From Octopus vulgaris (taxonomy: Eukaryota), in assembly GCA_951406725.2 (NCBI GenBank), contig OX597821.1, forward strand, positions 69,874,001-69,938,000: a stretch of DNA of 64,000 nucleotides, in the 5' to 3' direction. Position 1 is the stretch's first letter; the number at the start of each line of letters is the position of its first letter. This document shows positions 25,938-39,490 of the stretch, piece after piece. The translations under genes were made by a program, and so were the position numbers. Under the pieces are notes generated by a model, which saw only the letters and a program-made list of their open reading frames with translations, made no database searches and was not told where the DNA came from.

Positions 25938-26268
25938 ATTTCTTACATCTGTTAAGACGTCTTATTGATGCACACTGTTGTTTATAACGGCTCTGATAAG
26001 ATTGATGCATTGTTCGACATTAGTCATCCACTCGGATTTATTATAATGCATCTATCGAAACATATCGGTGACATAATCGTTATATAAATGATTTATATAA
26101 CATCTTGAGCGTTTGTCTCCATTTTCTATTTTTTTCTTTTGCTCTCCAAAATACGTCTCGCTTCTCCTCGGAATTAACTCTCACGCAAGTGTGATCACTA
26201 TTTCTTGGGCCGCTTCTGTGACATCTGGCTACCTTGTCATTGTTTCTCTGGATCTTTTCCACAAATTG

Positions 26269-26303
<35 letters not shown>

Positions 26304-26994
26304 GAGTTACGGAATGGAGTACTGGAAATCCGGACTACACATATGTTTCATAATCCGCAACCTTCCATCTCAATAAACCACTATTGTTCCTGAAAGTTGC
26401 TTATTTTTTTATAGTCACTAAAGATTGCTCGAAGCTAACTTTCTTTCTACAGTGATAGGCATGTTTCCACTAGATTTATCTTCACAGCGGAGATACTGGA
26501 AAGTGTGTGACCTAAGTCACTATAACTCCTCATTGTGTCTTCCCTAGAAATGCTTATCTTGTATCTTGGATCATCAATATGTTTGCTGGCTTTGGAGAAT
26601 CTATCGACTGAAGCCGGTCAGAATGGGCTGGAAGAGTCCTCTCAGACGTCAGCGGCACGTCAATAATCGTTGAAGGTTCAGATTTTTGGTAGTTGTCGCA
26701 GCAGATAAATGTAGAGATTTTGTTGCTCCCATGACCCAATGAAAGGTGGCCTATAATGTCGTCCACTTAGCTACGCCTAAAATGGATCCCTCAGGCTTGT
26801 CAATGCTTGATGTCGGCATCTCAACATTCCCTCTCTGACGTCGAACCAGTGAGCTGAGCTGTTACAATACAGATAAAGATGCATTCAACGGTTAGAGATA
26901 AGGGTTTCTTCAGCAGATTTGTAAAAGTTATACGATTCTTTTAGTGCGGGGCGTGTAAATCGAGAGTAAACTTCAGCTTCACTGTTTTAGTACC

Positions 26995-27381
26995 CTTCTT
27001 TCTACAATTGTCACAAGACCAGAAATTTTTTTTTTTGGGGGGGGCCCAGTTGATTTCATTAACCCCATTGCACAAGTGGTACTTATTTTATCGACCCTGA
27101 AAGGATGGAGGATAGAGTCGACTATGGAGTTATTTGAACTCAGAACGTAAAGAGCTGTAAGAAATGTCGCTAATCAGGTGTCCGGTGTGTGACGGTTCTG
27201 GCAACTTGCCATGTTCTAAGTACTACTTTCTATCACAGGTATAGGGGCCTGATATTTGGGGGTAGTCATTTCGTCGATTCCCCCAGTGCTAAAGCGGTTT
27301 TTATTTTATCCCCGAAAAGAATGAAGAACAAAGTCGACTCGCCGGCATTTGAACTTAGATAGTAAAGTTGAACGAAATACC
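26995..27381 (-). mobile_element. Two old diverged SINE family A copies in tandem
   Basis: Reverse-complement core ggtacttattttatcgaccc.gaaaggat...tttgaactcagaac. Confidence 0.75.
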
Positions 27382-27620
27382 TATTTCTATTTCTTTACTA
27401 CCCACAAGGGGCTAAACACAGAGGAGACAAACAAGGACAGACAAACGGATTAAGTCGATTATATCGACTCCAGTGCGTAACGGGTACTTAATTTATCGAC
27501 CAAGAAAGGATGAAAGGCAAAGTCAACCTCGGCGGAATTTGAACTCAGAACGTAACGGCAGACGAACTACTGCTAAGCATTTCGCTCGGCGTGCTAACAA
27601 CTCTGCCAGCTCGCCGCCTT
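27382..27620 (-). mobile_element. SINE family A, tail type 2 (younger)
   Basis: Full head aaggcggcgagctggcag; tail cccttgtgggtagtaaagaaata. Confidence 0.92.
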
Positions 27621-27638
27621 TCGTTTATTTCCAAAACA

Positions 27639-28064
27639 CAGGATGGCCCAAAAGTAGGTTTACTGTTATTCAACTATCTCTTTCGCATTAGCAGTTTAGA
27701 TCTTAATTATAAAAAATATGAAACCATTATTCTATGACAATTTAGTTAATTTTGAGAGTGGCGAGCTGGCAGTATTTCGTCTGCCGTTACGTTCTGAGTT
27801 CAAATTCCGCCGAGGTCGCCTTTTATCCTTTCGGGGTCGATTAAATAAGTACCAGTTACACACTGTTGTCGATGTAATCGACTTAATCCGTTTGTCTGTC
27901 CTTGTTTGTCTCTTCTATGTTTACCCCACTGTGGGCTATAAAGAATTAATTTTCTCAAGCTCCTTTTTCAGTTTGTAAGATAGAAATATTAATGTAGCAA
28001 AATGTTTTAAAAGAAATTTATAGAGCCTACGTGGTAACTGTAAACCTACATTTGGGCCACCCTG
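27639..28064. mobile_element. Tc1-like non-autonomous element with nested SINE A (about 27755-27945, +)
   Basis: 30 bp TIRs caggatggcccaaaagtaggtttactgtta / taactgtaaacctacatttgggccaccctg, with TA at the right end. Confidence 0.8.
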
Positions 28065-28233
28065 TATTTCATATAACACGTGTCTATCTTCTCGCAATCT
28101 GCTCCGTTCTCCTATTCTCTGGGCACTTTCCTCTCCCCGATAGAGAGCCATGCTCAAAACCTCATTTCCACTCCTATCTTTCCATACAAAAAGAGAGAAG
28201 TTGTGTGTTGATGTGTGTGTGTGTGTGTGTGTG

Positions 28234-28305
<72 letters not shown>

Positions 28306-28369
28306 TGTGTTGATGTATGTGTGTGTGAGGGAGAGAGAGAAGTTGTGTGTTGATGTGTGTGTGTGAGGG

Positions 28370-29095
28370 AGAGAGAGTGTTACGACAAAAGAGTAAAGAA
28401 AAAGTATCTGCAAGGGAAAGAGGGAGAGAGTTTGACAGCGTCTAACAAAAAAAAAAGGTAAAGACAAAGTGAGAGAGAGATATAGAGAAAAAGTGGCAGC
28501 GTTCATCAAAAATAAAAATGAAAAATGTTTTGTTTTTTTCTTAAACACGAGATATGGTCTTCAAATTTAGAATGTTTATGAAAGACACTATATTTTATAA
28601 TCAGATTATATATACTTTCTCATACAACAATTCAAATATATTTTAAATCATTTATTTATTTTAAATCGTTCACGTTTCTCCCACTCACACACACCCATTA
28701 CTTTGGGCGCGAAAGAGTTTTGTTTTTACTTTACGCCGAGGAAAAAAGTGTTTTGTTGAGAATCCATTTATTTAACAACAAAGAAACAAAGAGATAGGTA
28801 ACAATTTGTCATTGTATTACACAATACAAATGGGTGCAATTTCCGAGGTTTCCCACACCACAATCCGTTTTCGGACCACAAAAAGGATTTTGAAGCATAT
28901 TAGGAGACTAGAGTAGTTGATTCTACGCAAAAAATCCCTTTTTTTTTCTTGGCGAAAATCGTGCGAGTGTTAATTTACAAATTTAGCAACATCTTTTCGA
29001 TTCATTTCTTTTTATGAATATGTATGCGTACAAAAAAACATATATGCAATAGGTGTACGTAAGTACGTGTATGCATGTATGTGTGTGTATGTTGC

Positions 29096-29156
<61 letters not shown>

Positions 29157-29287
29157 TATATAAACCAATTTCAACGGATTACGCCCAAATTTGACGTCGA
29201 TGTTACTTAGTTTGGTTTGAAATAAAGAACTTGATTAGCTTAATAATCCTAACTTAATCCCGGGCAAAAGTCGTGTTATACTGCTAT
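28370..29287 (+). mobile_element. Degenerate non-autonomous Helitron, same family as 37976-38816
   Basis: 28500-28770 aligns with 38465-38730; 3' end ...aatcccgggcaaaagtcgtgttatactgcta. Confidence 0.7.
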
Positions 29288-30339
29288 TTATTTATATTAG
29301 TATATGATTGAACGCCATGCATCCTCTTCCAAGTAAATATGTACATATATATATATATATATATATATGATAGATAGCTGGATAGATAGGCATATACACA
29401 CATATATATACGCACTTGCATACATAGATACATAGGCAAAAATGGAAATCCGTAGATAAGCACGCACACACATACATACTGGTATTCGCTTTCTTCCCTG
29501 TAGTAGTATCCTGTCTGTATATTTAGAGATGTCCAGTATTGCCGTTTAGATGCCAGGTGGGATTTCACTTAGACTGAGTGGACATAGTAACTGTTTTCTT
29601 TGAAGCAGGTGTTAGGATCCTGCCGTCTCAGCGTACATCTGTGAGTTTGCGAAGGCACACAGGCTTGTGTGTGTGTGTGTGTGTGGCTGTGAGCATGCTT
29701 GTGTGTGTGTGTCTGTTTGTTTAGATATGCGATTGTGTTTGTGTTTGTGTGCGATCACATGCGGCGTTTTGTTTAGATAAGATTTTTCTCAGTTGTTTTT
29801 ATTGTAGTCGGGTGGGGAGGGAGAGAGAGTGTGTGTGTGTGTGTTGATGTATTTAGTTAATTCTCGGGTATGTTGTTTGTATGAGGGTAGGTTTCACAGC
29901 CGAGTAAAGGGGGTAGGGATAGATCTTGTGGGGAGGGGAGACAGCTTATCGGTATCATCTTCGTCCATCATTATCATCATCATCGTTACCATCACTACTA
30001 CCACCACAATCATCATCATCATCCGCAACAATAACAATAGCAACATCAACATCAATGAGGAACGTTTACGGTCAGAACCTGCCTCTTTCTCTCTTTCTCT
30101 CAAACAAACCCCAACCAGGTGAAAGTTCAAGTTAAATAAATAAATTCTTTAATTCTTCGACTTCCATTCTGTCCTTCTGCGTTAGATGTGCGAGTGCACT
30201 TCACTCTCAGTCCCTTTTATCTCTTCCATTCCCCCTCTTTCTGCTCACCTCTCTCTCTCTCTCTGTCTTTATCTCTCTCTCTTTCTCTCTATCTATCTAT
30301 CTATCTATCTATCTATCCATCCATCCATCCATCTATCCA

Positions 30340-30382
<43 letters not shown>

Positions 30383-30445
30383 TTATTTCACTTATTCATT
30401 TTATGTTTTAAAACCCTGACGGCTTTTCCGGACAACCTGTCTCTG

Positions 30446-30477
<32 letters not shown>

Positions 30478-31407
30478 GTTAATAGCAATAGTTACTGCAG
30501 TAACAGCAGGAGGAGTAGCGGCATCATAGAGCACATACCTGACATGATGCCGCTCGAAATGCTAGAGATATCAGTCAAATACCCCGTAAGCCATACCCTA
30601 CCGCCTTAAGGATAAAGGGTACATGCCTAGAAGGGGAAAAAAAGCATACAAACGAGAGATGACAAGAACTTTCGCTTCCTCTCGGCATCGATGTGACAAG
30701 GGTCTGAAGTTATTTGTCCCCCATTAGAACAGATTTCAAACCGCAACCTACCATCTTCAAAAAATGTGATCACATTGGATAATTTAGTCCGAAGTATACT
30801 ATGCCTATGTCTGGTGTGGGGAATGCTATGCAACAGCTGGAATGTTTTTGACCAAAGGTCAATGGAATAAAGGTTGACCTAGGGCTAAAGACAACAACCT
30901 GTATATTGTTTGTTTTGGTTTACAGATTTTTACGTTGAACGGATATAAATCCGCAGGTTTAACCAGACATTTATTTACTTTAATTCTCTTTTGTCCATCC
31001 ATTTTTCCCTGGGGGTGCGGCAGATGGCAATGGGGAGTGTAGATTAGTGCATGTTCCTTACCTCTTGTTCACTTAATACGCGATGAAAAAAATAATAAAG
31101 AAAAAATGTGGGTGTCTATGTTACGATGAAACAAGCTCAGGGAAAAGATCTTCTTGAGAAATGTACGGTGGTTGGTGTGGGAAGAACACTCGAAGGAAAT
31201 GAGAAAAACTTCAGAAATAGTAGCAGCCAAAGAGAAGAACATCAATACGAGGAAGACTGAGTCAATTGGTCAGGAAGAAAAAGAGATAGGCTTGGCTGCG
31301 CGGTTAAGAAACTCGCTTATAAATACAGAGGCCATTCCCCTATCCACAAACTGGGGACCCGATGGAAGGGAGTTATCATCACCGCAAAGTTTTACACACA
31401 CGCACGT

Positions 31408-31444
<37 letters not shown>

Positions 31445-31447
<3 letters not shown>

Positions 31448-31940
31448 CTTTTATCTTTCACCTTTTACTTGTTTCAGTCATTAGACTGCGGCCATGCTGA
31501 GGCGCCGCCTTCAAGAATTTATAATCGAATGTATCGGCCCCAGTAATTGTTCTTTAAGCCTGGTACTTATTCTATCGATGTATTTTGTCGAACCGCTAAG
31601 TTACCACCGAGATATAAACACACAAACACCGGTTGTCATGCAGTGGAGAGGAAACAGACGCGCGCGCATACACACACACACACATATATATATGACGAGT
31701 TTCTTTCAATTTCCGTCTACCAAATCCACTCTCGAGGCATTTTTCGGCCCGATGCTAAGAGTAGAAGACACTTAATCAAGGTGCCACAGTCATTGGACGC
31801 GGTCATACTGGAGCACCGTATTGAAAGATTCGTTCGAACAAGTTAATCCCACTTTGCTACTTATACTATTAGTGTCTCTTACCGAGCTGTTAACTTACGA
31901 GGACGTAAACAAACCAGCACGGTTTTTCAAATAATGTGTG
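31445..31940 (-). mobile_element. SINE family C, diverged and partial copies
   Basis: ttgtttcagtcatt.gactgcggccatgctg...ttccgtctaccaaatccact. Confidence 0.8.
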
Positions 31941-32993
31941 TGATGGGGGGGGGGGGGTCACATCACAAATGCAAAGGCACACACAAACACGCACATAAAC
32001 GCACACATGTCTGTCCGTACGCTTACATACGTATATACATGTGTGTGTGTCTATGTTAGATTCCGCTTAATTACCTTGTCAATAATTATATAATTCAGTT
32101 AATGTTGATAACAACCAAATTATTCACTCAAATCTATTTATAATCGATCAGTTAATATCATTAGATTTTTCCTGTTTTGAGCCAGAAAAAATACAAATAA
32201 AACGTAGCCTAAAACTGGACATTTATTTGATTGGATCTGAAGAAAACAATTGTCGAAATTTCTGAGTTGACTTTTAGAGAAAGAGGTCACAATATTTGCT
32301 TGAATATGGCGTGTAAATGGTTTAGCATAATTTGGGCCCGCCTTAGTGCACATAAAATCCGTTAAGGGTCTAGATTGGAATAGGATGGTAATATAAGGTG
32401 TGTGTAAAGAGGTAGCTAGTATTTTAGTAAGTGATTAAGAGCTTCTGGATCGTTGTCGTAAGGGGTGGCCGTTTACAGTGATTTAACATCCAATAGGAAT
32501 AAAAGTTTGGAATATGAGAGGAGAACAAGTTGAAACGATTTAGACTTTGGTGTATTTTGAAGTGTGGTAGGACGCTGGGGCTGAGTGTTAACAACAGCTT
32601 ATTGAGGTACCTAGAGAGGAATTCGGTAATGCAGTTAAGATGGTGGCAATAACGCAGCTTGAATGATCGTATTTGTGCCATGAAGAAATAAGTAAATAAA
32701 AACAGTGTAGAGTGTGGTTATGATAAGTGTAACAGCGGAGAGAAGAAAATGAGAAAAGATGGATGCGTATGCAGTATGGAGGGTTGACTTATGAGTAACG
32801 AGTAAAGTCCTTCGAGAGTTTGTTGTGACAAGAGAGGGTTGTTGAGTTGCTTCATACCTATTGAGGTCGGTCCGTCTTGCCACTGCCTTCGCCGGGAGGT
32901 TGGGGAACGATATCTCGATTATATCATAGAGACCATCGATGCCCGATAATGAAATCTATGGTCGTCTTCAGTCAAGAGCCTCTGCCTATTATT

Positions 32994-33224
32994 TCTTTCT
33001 TTATTGCTCACAGGGGGTTAAACATAGAGGGGATAAATAAGAACAGACAAAGGGATTGTCGATTACATCGAGCCCAGTGCGTAACTGGTACTTATTTAAT
33101 CGATCCCGAAAGGATGAAAGGCAAAGTCGACCTCGGCAGAATTTGAACTCAGAACGTTACAGCAAACGAAATATCGCTAAGCATTTCGCCCGGCGTGCTA
33201 ACAATTCTGCCAGCTCGCCACCCT
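32994..33224 (-). mobile_element. SINE family A (tail type 2) with 18 bp target-site duplication
   Basis: gagcctctgcctattatt at 32976-32993 and 33225-33242. Confidence 0.93.
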
Positions 33225-33245
33225 GAGCCTCTGCCTATTATTATA

Positions 33246-34433
33246 TGAGGGTGGGTTGAAAAGGTCATAGGCTGACTATGAAGGAGTGGTGTTAGAGCTG
33301 TAAAATCTGATATACCTTCGTTTCAGCCCTTCTTATCAGTAACTGCATTGTTTATGTCCATTTAAACTGATATCTGTTATAAAAACACTTCAAAGTAACT
33401 AATGGCGACGTCTCTTGAAAATCGACAAAATTTGGCACCGTGGTGTTAGGATATACGTGCAACGAAAAGGTTTTAACCTCCACTAACATCCATGGTGTCA
33501 TGTTTGCTACATTCCAGGATAGCACCCCAGCCTTGTCAATAGTGCAACAGAGGGCAGCTGAATTTAGGAAGGGAAGGGAGAATCTTTAAGATGACCCAAT
33601 GCCTGGAACGCCTGCAGCTGCCACCACCGAAGAAAACATTGCTTGTGTTCAGCATATGGTGATGGATGACGGACAATTGACTAAAAATAGCCGATGCTAT
33701 TAGCATATCCCGTAAGAGAGTTGAGAATATTCTGCACTATGAAGTTGACATTACGATGGTTTCTGCTCGGTGAGTGCCACATCTTCTGACACCTGGTCAA
33801 AAGCGCACCAGGATGAGCAGATCACAGTAGAATCGGACATTGTTTGAGGCAAATCCAGCTTGTTTCCATTGTTTCCTAACCTCCTCACTTTCTCCAAGGA
33901 AGATCAAAGTTGCTTCCTCTGTAAGGAAGAGAGCCTCAGTTTTTTGGGGATGCAGAAGGCATTGGGTTTTAGTGACTATCTTCAGAAGGGATACAACATC
34001 AATGGAGTGTACTATGCCGACTTGCTAAGGCAGTTACGAAAGGCTATCAAGACCAAATACCCAGGAAATCTGATGAAAGTGTTCTTGTTTAATCAGGATA
34101 ATACTCCACCACACAAATTCTTGGTTCCAATGGTTGCTGTGTGTGAGTGTGGCCTTGAACTGGTGGATCACTCTCCCTGTTCTCCTGATTCGGTCCCATC
34201 TGACTATCATTTGTTCCCCAACATGAAAAACTACTTGGCTGGGAGCCAGTATCGCAGAGATGATAGATCTGCAATTGAGGATTTTTTGAAACTTCCTCTC
34301 AATAGGATCCAAGCACTGCAACACCAATAGAAGATGTGGGACCACTAAAGGGATTATGTTTAAAAATAAACCTCATTTATCCATATTCTATGAGAGCATA
34401 TTGGTCAGCCTATGAACTTTACAACCGATCTTC
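33246..34433 (+). mobile_element. Mariner (D,D34D) transposon, decayed
   Basis: TIRs gttgaaaaggtcataggctgac / gtcagcctatgaactttacaac; motifs VSAR*VPHLLT, YYADLLRQL, QDNTPPH and HSPCSPDSVPSDYHLFP. Confidence 0.92.
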
Positions 34434-34699
34434 CTGGGTTGCTGGGTACGGCGGTTTCAACGCCCACTTTCAGTTAGTATGTTAAATTCACTAATCTCTC
34501 TTAAACGTCCAAAAGTGCAAGATCTAGATATCTAGAGGTGCTGATCCCAGCAAATGAAACCGTGAATGTAGTGAGATGTAAAAGTAAGCATAGTTTGCAT
34601 ACTTTCTGAGGTGACCCGGGAAATCGTTGAGGAACGTGTCGCAGTGATCAATTTATAGACTTATGGATTGAAGTATCGTGCACAGGAACAGGTAGAAGT

Positions 34700-34774
<75 letters not shown>

Positions 34775-35020
34775 AGTAGCGAATGATCGTTCGCTTAGTA
34801 GAGGTTGTGACGCTGTGTAGTATATTAACACCATTCTGAGTGTTGCGCCTGCATCGGGGGACAAAAATTCATTTGAAAATTGCCGGGAATGTTGTTATGG
34901 CGGCGCCAACGTCCGGAAGAAACACTATGTCTAAAACTTGGAAACCTCTTCTCCCAAGGGCATATCAAATTAAAAATCACAATACACACACGCACATATA
35001 TATATATGTGTGTGTCTATA

Positions 35021-35080
<60 letters not shown>

Positions 35081-35097
35081 GTATATAAATGTAATGT

Positions 35098-35209
<112 letters not shown>

Positions 35210-36534
35210 GTACCCCTACTCATATATTCATGTGTGTTTTTTTGTGTGTGCGTGTGTATAAACAAATAAGCAAAATGATAAAAGCGATAGAATAGAAAAT
35301 CACAAAGTCGCAAGCAAACAGAAAATAGCAGGCCGCTATCGCCACCACTACCGCCATACCCGCCATCATCATCATAGAAAAAAAGAAGCAGACGAGCGAA
35401 CAAGCTGGTGTAATGTTTGTAAGTAAACAATTACATGTGTTGATTGGTTGATTGAATCGGTGAATAAACAACATACTTCTTAGCAACACACTCAACACGA
35501 TTGCAATCAAATTAAGTTTGTGTTGTTTTGTAGTTTTCATTAGAAAGTGAATAATAATAATAACGATGATAATGACGATGATGATTACGACGACGACGAC
35601 GATGACGTTGATGATGTTTGTTTCTCATACAGGCCACAAGGTCCCAAGTATCTTTTGGCGAAATCCAAATAAACAGTTGGGCAAAGGAGAAGAATAGAAT
35701 TTGTTCGCCTAAACCCTTCAAGACGGTACCCCAGGATGGCTGCAGACCAATGACTTAAATAATCAAATTAAAGACAAAGAAATATAAAGTGAATTACTAA
35801 AGAAGAAGAAAGGAGATAAAAAAAGGGACAAAAAAGTAAGACCATGGTCAGTTGTCCCAGATTAGAATTGCCAACAGATGACTTTGTGGCGCCATCGGAG
35901 GGTCAGGAGAAAAGCCAACCAGCGTTTCTTCCGGTTCTTTACGTTCTGAGTTCAAATCCCACTGAAGCTTTCAGGGTTGGTAAAATGAAGTGCCAGACAG
36001 ACAAGTGCTGGGATTGATAGTATCAATAATCCACTGCCCTCACAATGGTTAGACGGTGTGTGGTGGACGACATTGAAAGGATGAAGGAAAAACATTTTAC
36101 TTTTCAATCAGGACTTCATTGACCTCTTGGAAAGGAAAGTGTGGTCGGAAGGAGCAGTGCTCACCCCGAATAAATTTGTCAAAAACAGGTGACTGCGTCA
36201 AGAAGGGTTAGGGTGAACGGGTCTACTCTAAGCGTATGTCTGTAAACTAAAGAACAACAGTCGGATGAGGTCTCCTGCCTTTGAGGGTCAGGGTAAAACC
36301 GGATCTGTGGATCTAGTTAGAGTTTCTCCTGTATCAGGAGGACTGCACCGTTCAAGTTGTCACACGCTTTGTAGAAAATGTAAACATCTCATTTCAACGT
36401 CTTTTCCACATCTTTCCTCTCGTCTTTTATCTAAACCCCACCCCAACACAGAGATTGTAAACTGTCCTTGTACTGTCCCCAGCATCTGATACCCTTGAGG
36501 TAAATTATTATTATTATTATTATTATTATTATTT

Positions 36535-37975
36535 TTATTCATAGACGTCGTACAGTATAAAATATCATTAGGCTGTTGATTGCAGATATTGTATTTATCG
36601 AGGTTTGCACTGTTTGTCAAGTCAAAAAGCTATGGCAGACAGTACTTTGCGCAAAATGCATGCAGTTCCAAGTAATGTCGACTATTGCAATATGCTTAGA
36701 TTGTAGGGAATTTCTAAAGTTTTCAGATGCGTCTTTTTTTTTCAGATTGGGTGGTATTGAATCCAATGCTCCGATGACAATAGGGATAACCTTTATGTTT
36801 GACTCTCGTAGCTGCCACATCTTAGCGAGCTCAATTCTCAAGTCTCCATATTTATCAGCTTTTTCTTTCATAATGATATGTTGATCACCTGGTACTGCCA
36901 CGTCAATTATTAGGCACTCTTGTTTGTCCCTCCTAAAGGTTATTATAAATGGCCTTCAGTGCTCTAACACCTTGTCTGTGTCTGGAAATCAAAGTCCCAG
37001 AGGATTTTTGCCTTCCCCTTTTCGTCCATTACCTTTTCCGGTGTATGTTGGTACCAAACACACGTAACTTCATATCCATACTTATGGCGTATTAGCCAGT
37101 GGAGCTTTTGGGCTACCTTGTCGTGTCTACGCTTATACGCTTTCTGCGCAAGACGTTCACATGCACTAACAACGTGAGTCACGCTTTCGACCCTCTCCCC
37201 ACACATTCTGCAGAGGTCCGTTGCACTTGTGTGGTATATATTCTTTTCCACTGAGTTGATATTCAATGCTTGGTCCTGGGCAGCGATGATTAGGCTTTCA
37301 GTATTCTTTTTAGGTCACCCTTGTTAAGCCACCTCCATGATGCTTCCTGGTCTTATAATTTGTGGGTTTCACGATGGAACTGACCATGTAATTCCATGCG
37401 GAGTAGGGTTTCTTCTCACTCGTTGGCTGTTCTTGATCGGAATTCATGAGCACTCTTAAGTCCATTTTTGTTAAATCCTTATGCACTAGCAGCATACTGT
37501 AGCAAGCCTTGTTTGCTGTTTACCAAATATTCTGCCATGTCCAGGCCCTCCCGTACGTTAATCAGCCCACGTCAACCCTTACCCCTCTCCATGTAGAGCC
37601 TGTGTACATTCACCTTAAGGTGGAGCGTAGCATACATTGTCATTGTCTTTCGGGTAGTGCGATCGAGTTGGTCAGTCTCCGCTTGTGTCCATTTCAGGAT
37701 GGGTGCACTTTAGCGGACTACATCAACCGCCCATATGTTGATGGCAAGAGAAGTTTAAGGCGCTTGAAATAGCAGTAATGACCTTGTCTTTCATTTCTTT
37801 ACGCAAGATATTATCCAGGATCCCAAGGTACTTGTACCCATCTTCATCCGGGTCTTCCATTCTCTCTCCGTTTGGCAATTCTATGCCCCTACGATTTACT
37901 CTTTTCACCCCACTTCAGAGTAAGCCCTGCACACTTCGAGAAACCGAATTCCATCCCTATATCCTTGCAACATTA
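36535..37975 (-). mobile_element. Dong/R4-clade LINE, 5'-truncated (RT C-terminus, thumb, CCHC, REL)
   Basis: GMEFGFSKC, YKYLGI, ETESLIIAAQDQAL, CRMCG..ESVTHVVSAC, RHDKVA, ILWDF, IIDVAVPGD, KYGDL and IPIVIGAL; (AAT)n at the 3' end. Confidence 0.92.
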
Positions 37976-38405
37976 TCATATCTATAAAAGGCATGATGTG
38001 TGTGCGTGTGGGTGGGTGTGTGTACGTGATTGTAATTTATGCACGTCCACAAATTAGCACATATGTCGCTCCAATTTTAGGACATTCGTCAACACCCTAT
38101 CTGGGTTTTGTCAACTTATTTTTTTCCCGAGGCGGTAAAATTCTATTTTCAACCATAGCTTTTAGCCATAAAAATATCAGCCATTGCTTTTTGACGGCGT
38201 CTAACAAAAAAAAGTTAAGGAAAAGTGGAAGAAGGAGGCAGAGAATTTCACGGGAAAGACAAAGTGAGAGAGGGAGAGAAAGAGAGTAAGTAACGACGTT
38301 CATAAAAATCTATTTTTAGCCAAAGCTTTTTTGACGGCGTCTAACAAAAAATAAAGAAATGTGGAAGAAGGAGGCAGAGAGTTTCACAGGAAAAACAAAG
38401 TGAGA

Positions 38406-38451
<46 letters not shown>

Positions 38452-38815
38452 GTAAGGGACTACGTTCATAAAAAATAAAATGTAAAATGTTTTGTTTTTC
38501 TTAAACACGAGATATAGTGTTCAAATTCAGCATGTTTTTGAAAGACACTGTATTTTATCATCATAGTATATATACTTTCTCACACAACAATTACAATATA
38601 TTTATTTTAAATCATTTATTTATTTTAAATCGTTCATCTTCCCCCCCTCTCTCACACACACATTACTTTGGATGCGAACGAGTTTTGTTTTTATTTTACG
38701 CCGAGTAAAAAAGTGTTTTGCTGAGAGTCGATATTACTTACTTTTGTTTGAAATAAAGAACTTGATTAGCTTAATAATCGTAGCGTAACCCGGGCAAGGC
38801 CAGGGTATACTGCTA

Positions 38816-38816
<1 letters not shown>
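37976..38816 (+). mobile_element. Non-autonomous Helitron with internal ~145 bp duplication
   Basis: 5' TC..TCTATAAAAG; 3' cccgggcaaggccaggg..CTAG|T; duplicated unit gctttttgacggcgtctaac at about 38186 and 38325. Confidence 0.82.
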
Positions 38817-38887
<71 letters not shown>

Positions 38888-39443
38888 GAGTGAGAGAGCA
38901 GAGCATGCCATCAAAGTGACACTGGGGTAAAATATACGAAGCCCAATATACCCATCATGACTACCCGTCTGATAAAGGTACACCAGGCACATGCATCACA
39001 ACCACATGTGCGCGACATGGTGATCTCATATCAAGATAAACAGCACATGACCTTGCAGGTGGGGCCCAGTTAGAATTTTCTTCAGGTTGAGTAGCCCATC
39101 CCGCTCAAAAGGTCCCTGAATAAGGGTTGTTTAAGGATGTTGAAAGAACCACCCATGTTTCCAGAGGTGAATTATTCAAACCCCAAAGAATCCCTCTCAA
39201 CACATGGCTATGATGCTCCCCCACTACTTCTGCTCGTGATCAGAGATGCACATATCGTCAGCCACTAAGGGACATGCTCAACTGGTTAAGGTCAAACAAC
39301 TGACAAGCAAATCTGTGGTATTGAGCAGAATATTTGCTGTAGCCCATCTTTTATACCAAGACAAAACAATGTACATGATAACACTTCCAATCAGTTAAGA
39401 TCAGAGGCCATGAGAGCCACTGCCTGGTACTGCATCAGGGCAT
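38888..39443 (-). mobile_element. Non-coding (TAA)n-tailed retroposon, copy 1
   Basis: Three copies in the window share the end ...ctctctcactc next to an (AAT)n tract; no convincing ORF. Confidence 0.8.
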
Positions 39444-39490
39444 TTACTGCATCTATTATTATTATTATTATTATTATTATTATCATCGTC

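Noticed and set aside
26554-26900. Moderately GC-rich unique stretch with a 70 aa ORF
   Set aside because: No motif, no convincing splice pair, and stops in the plus frames
32900-32976. Minus-strand CTGAAGA plus stem
   Set aside because: GAAA reads GAGA and no stem I forms
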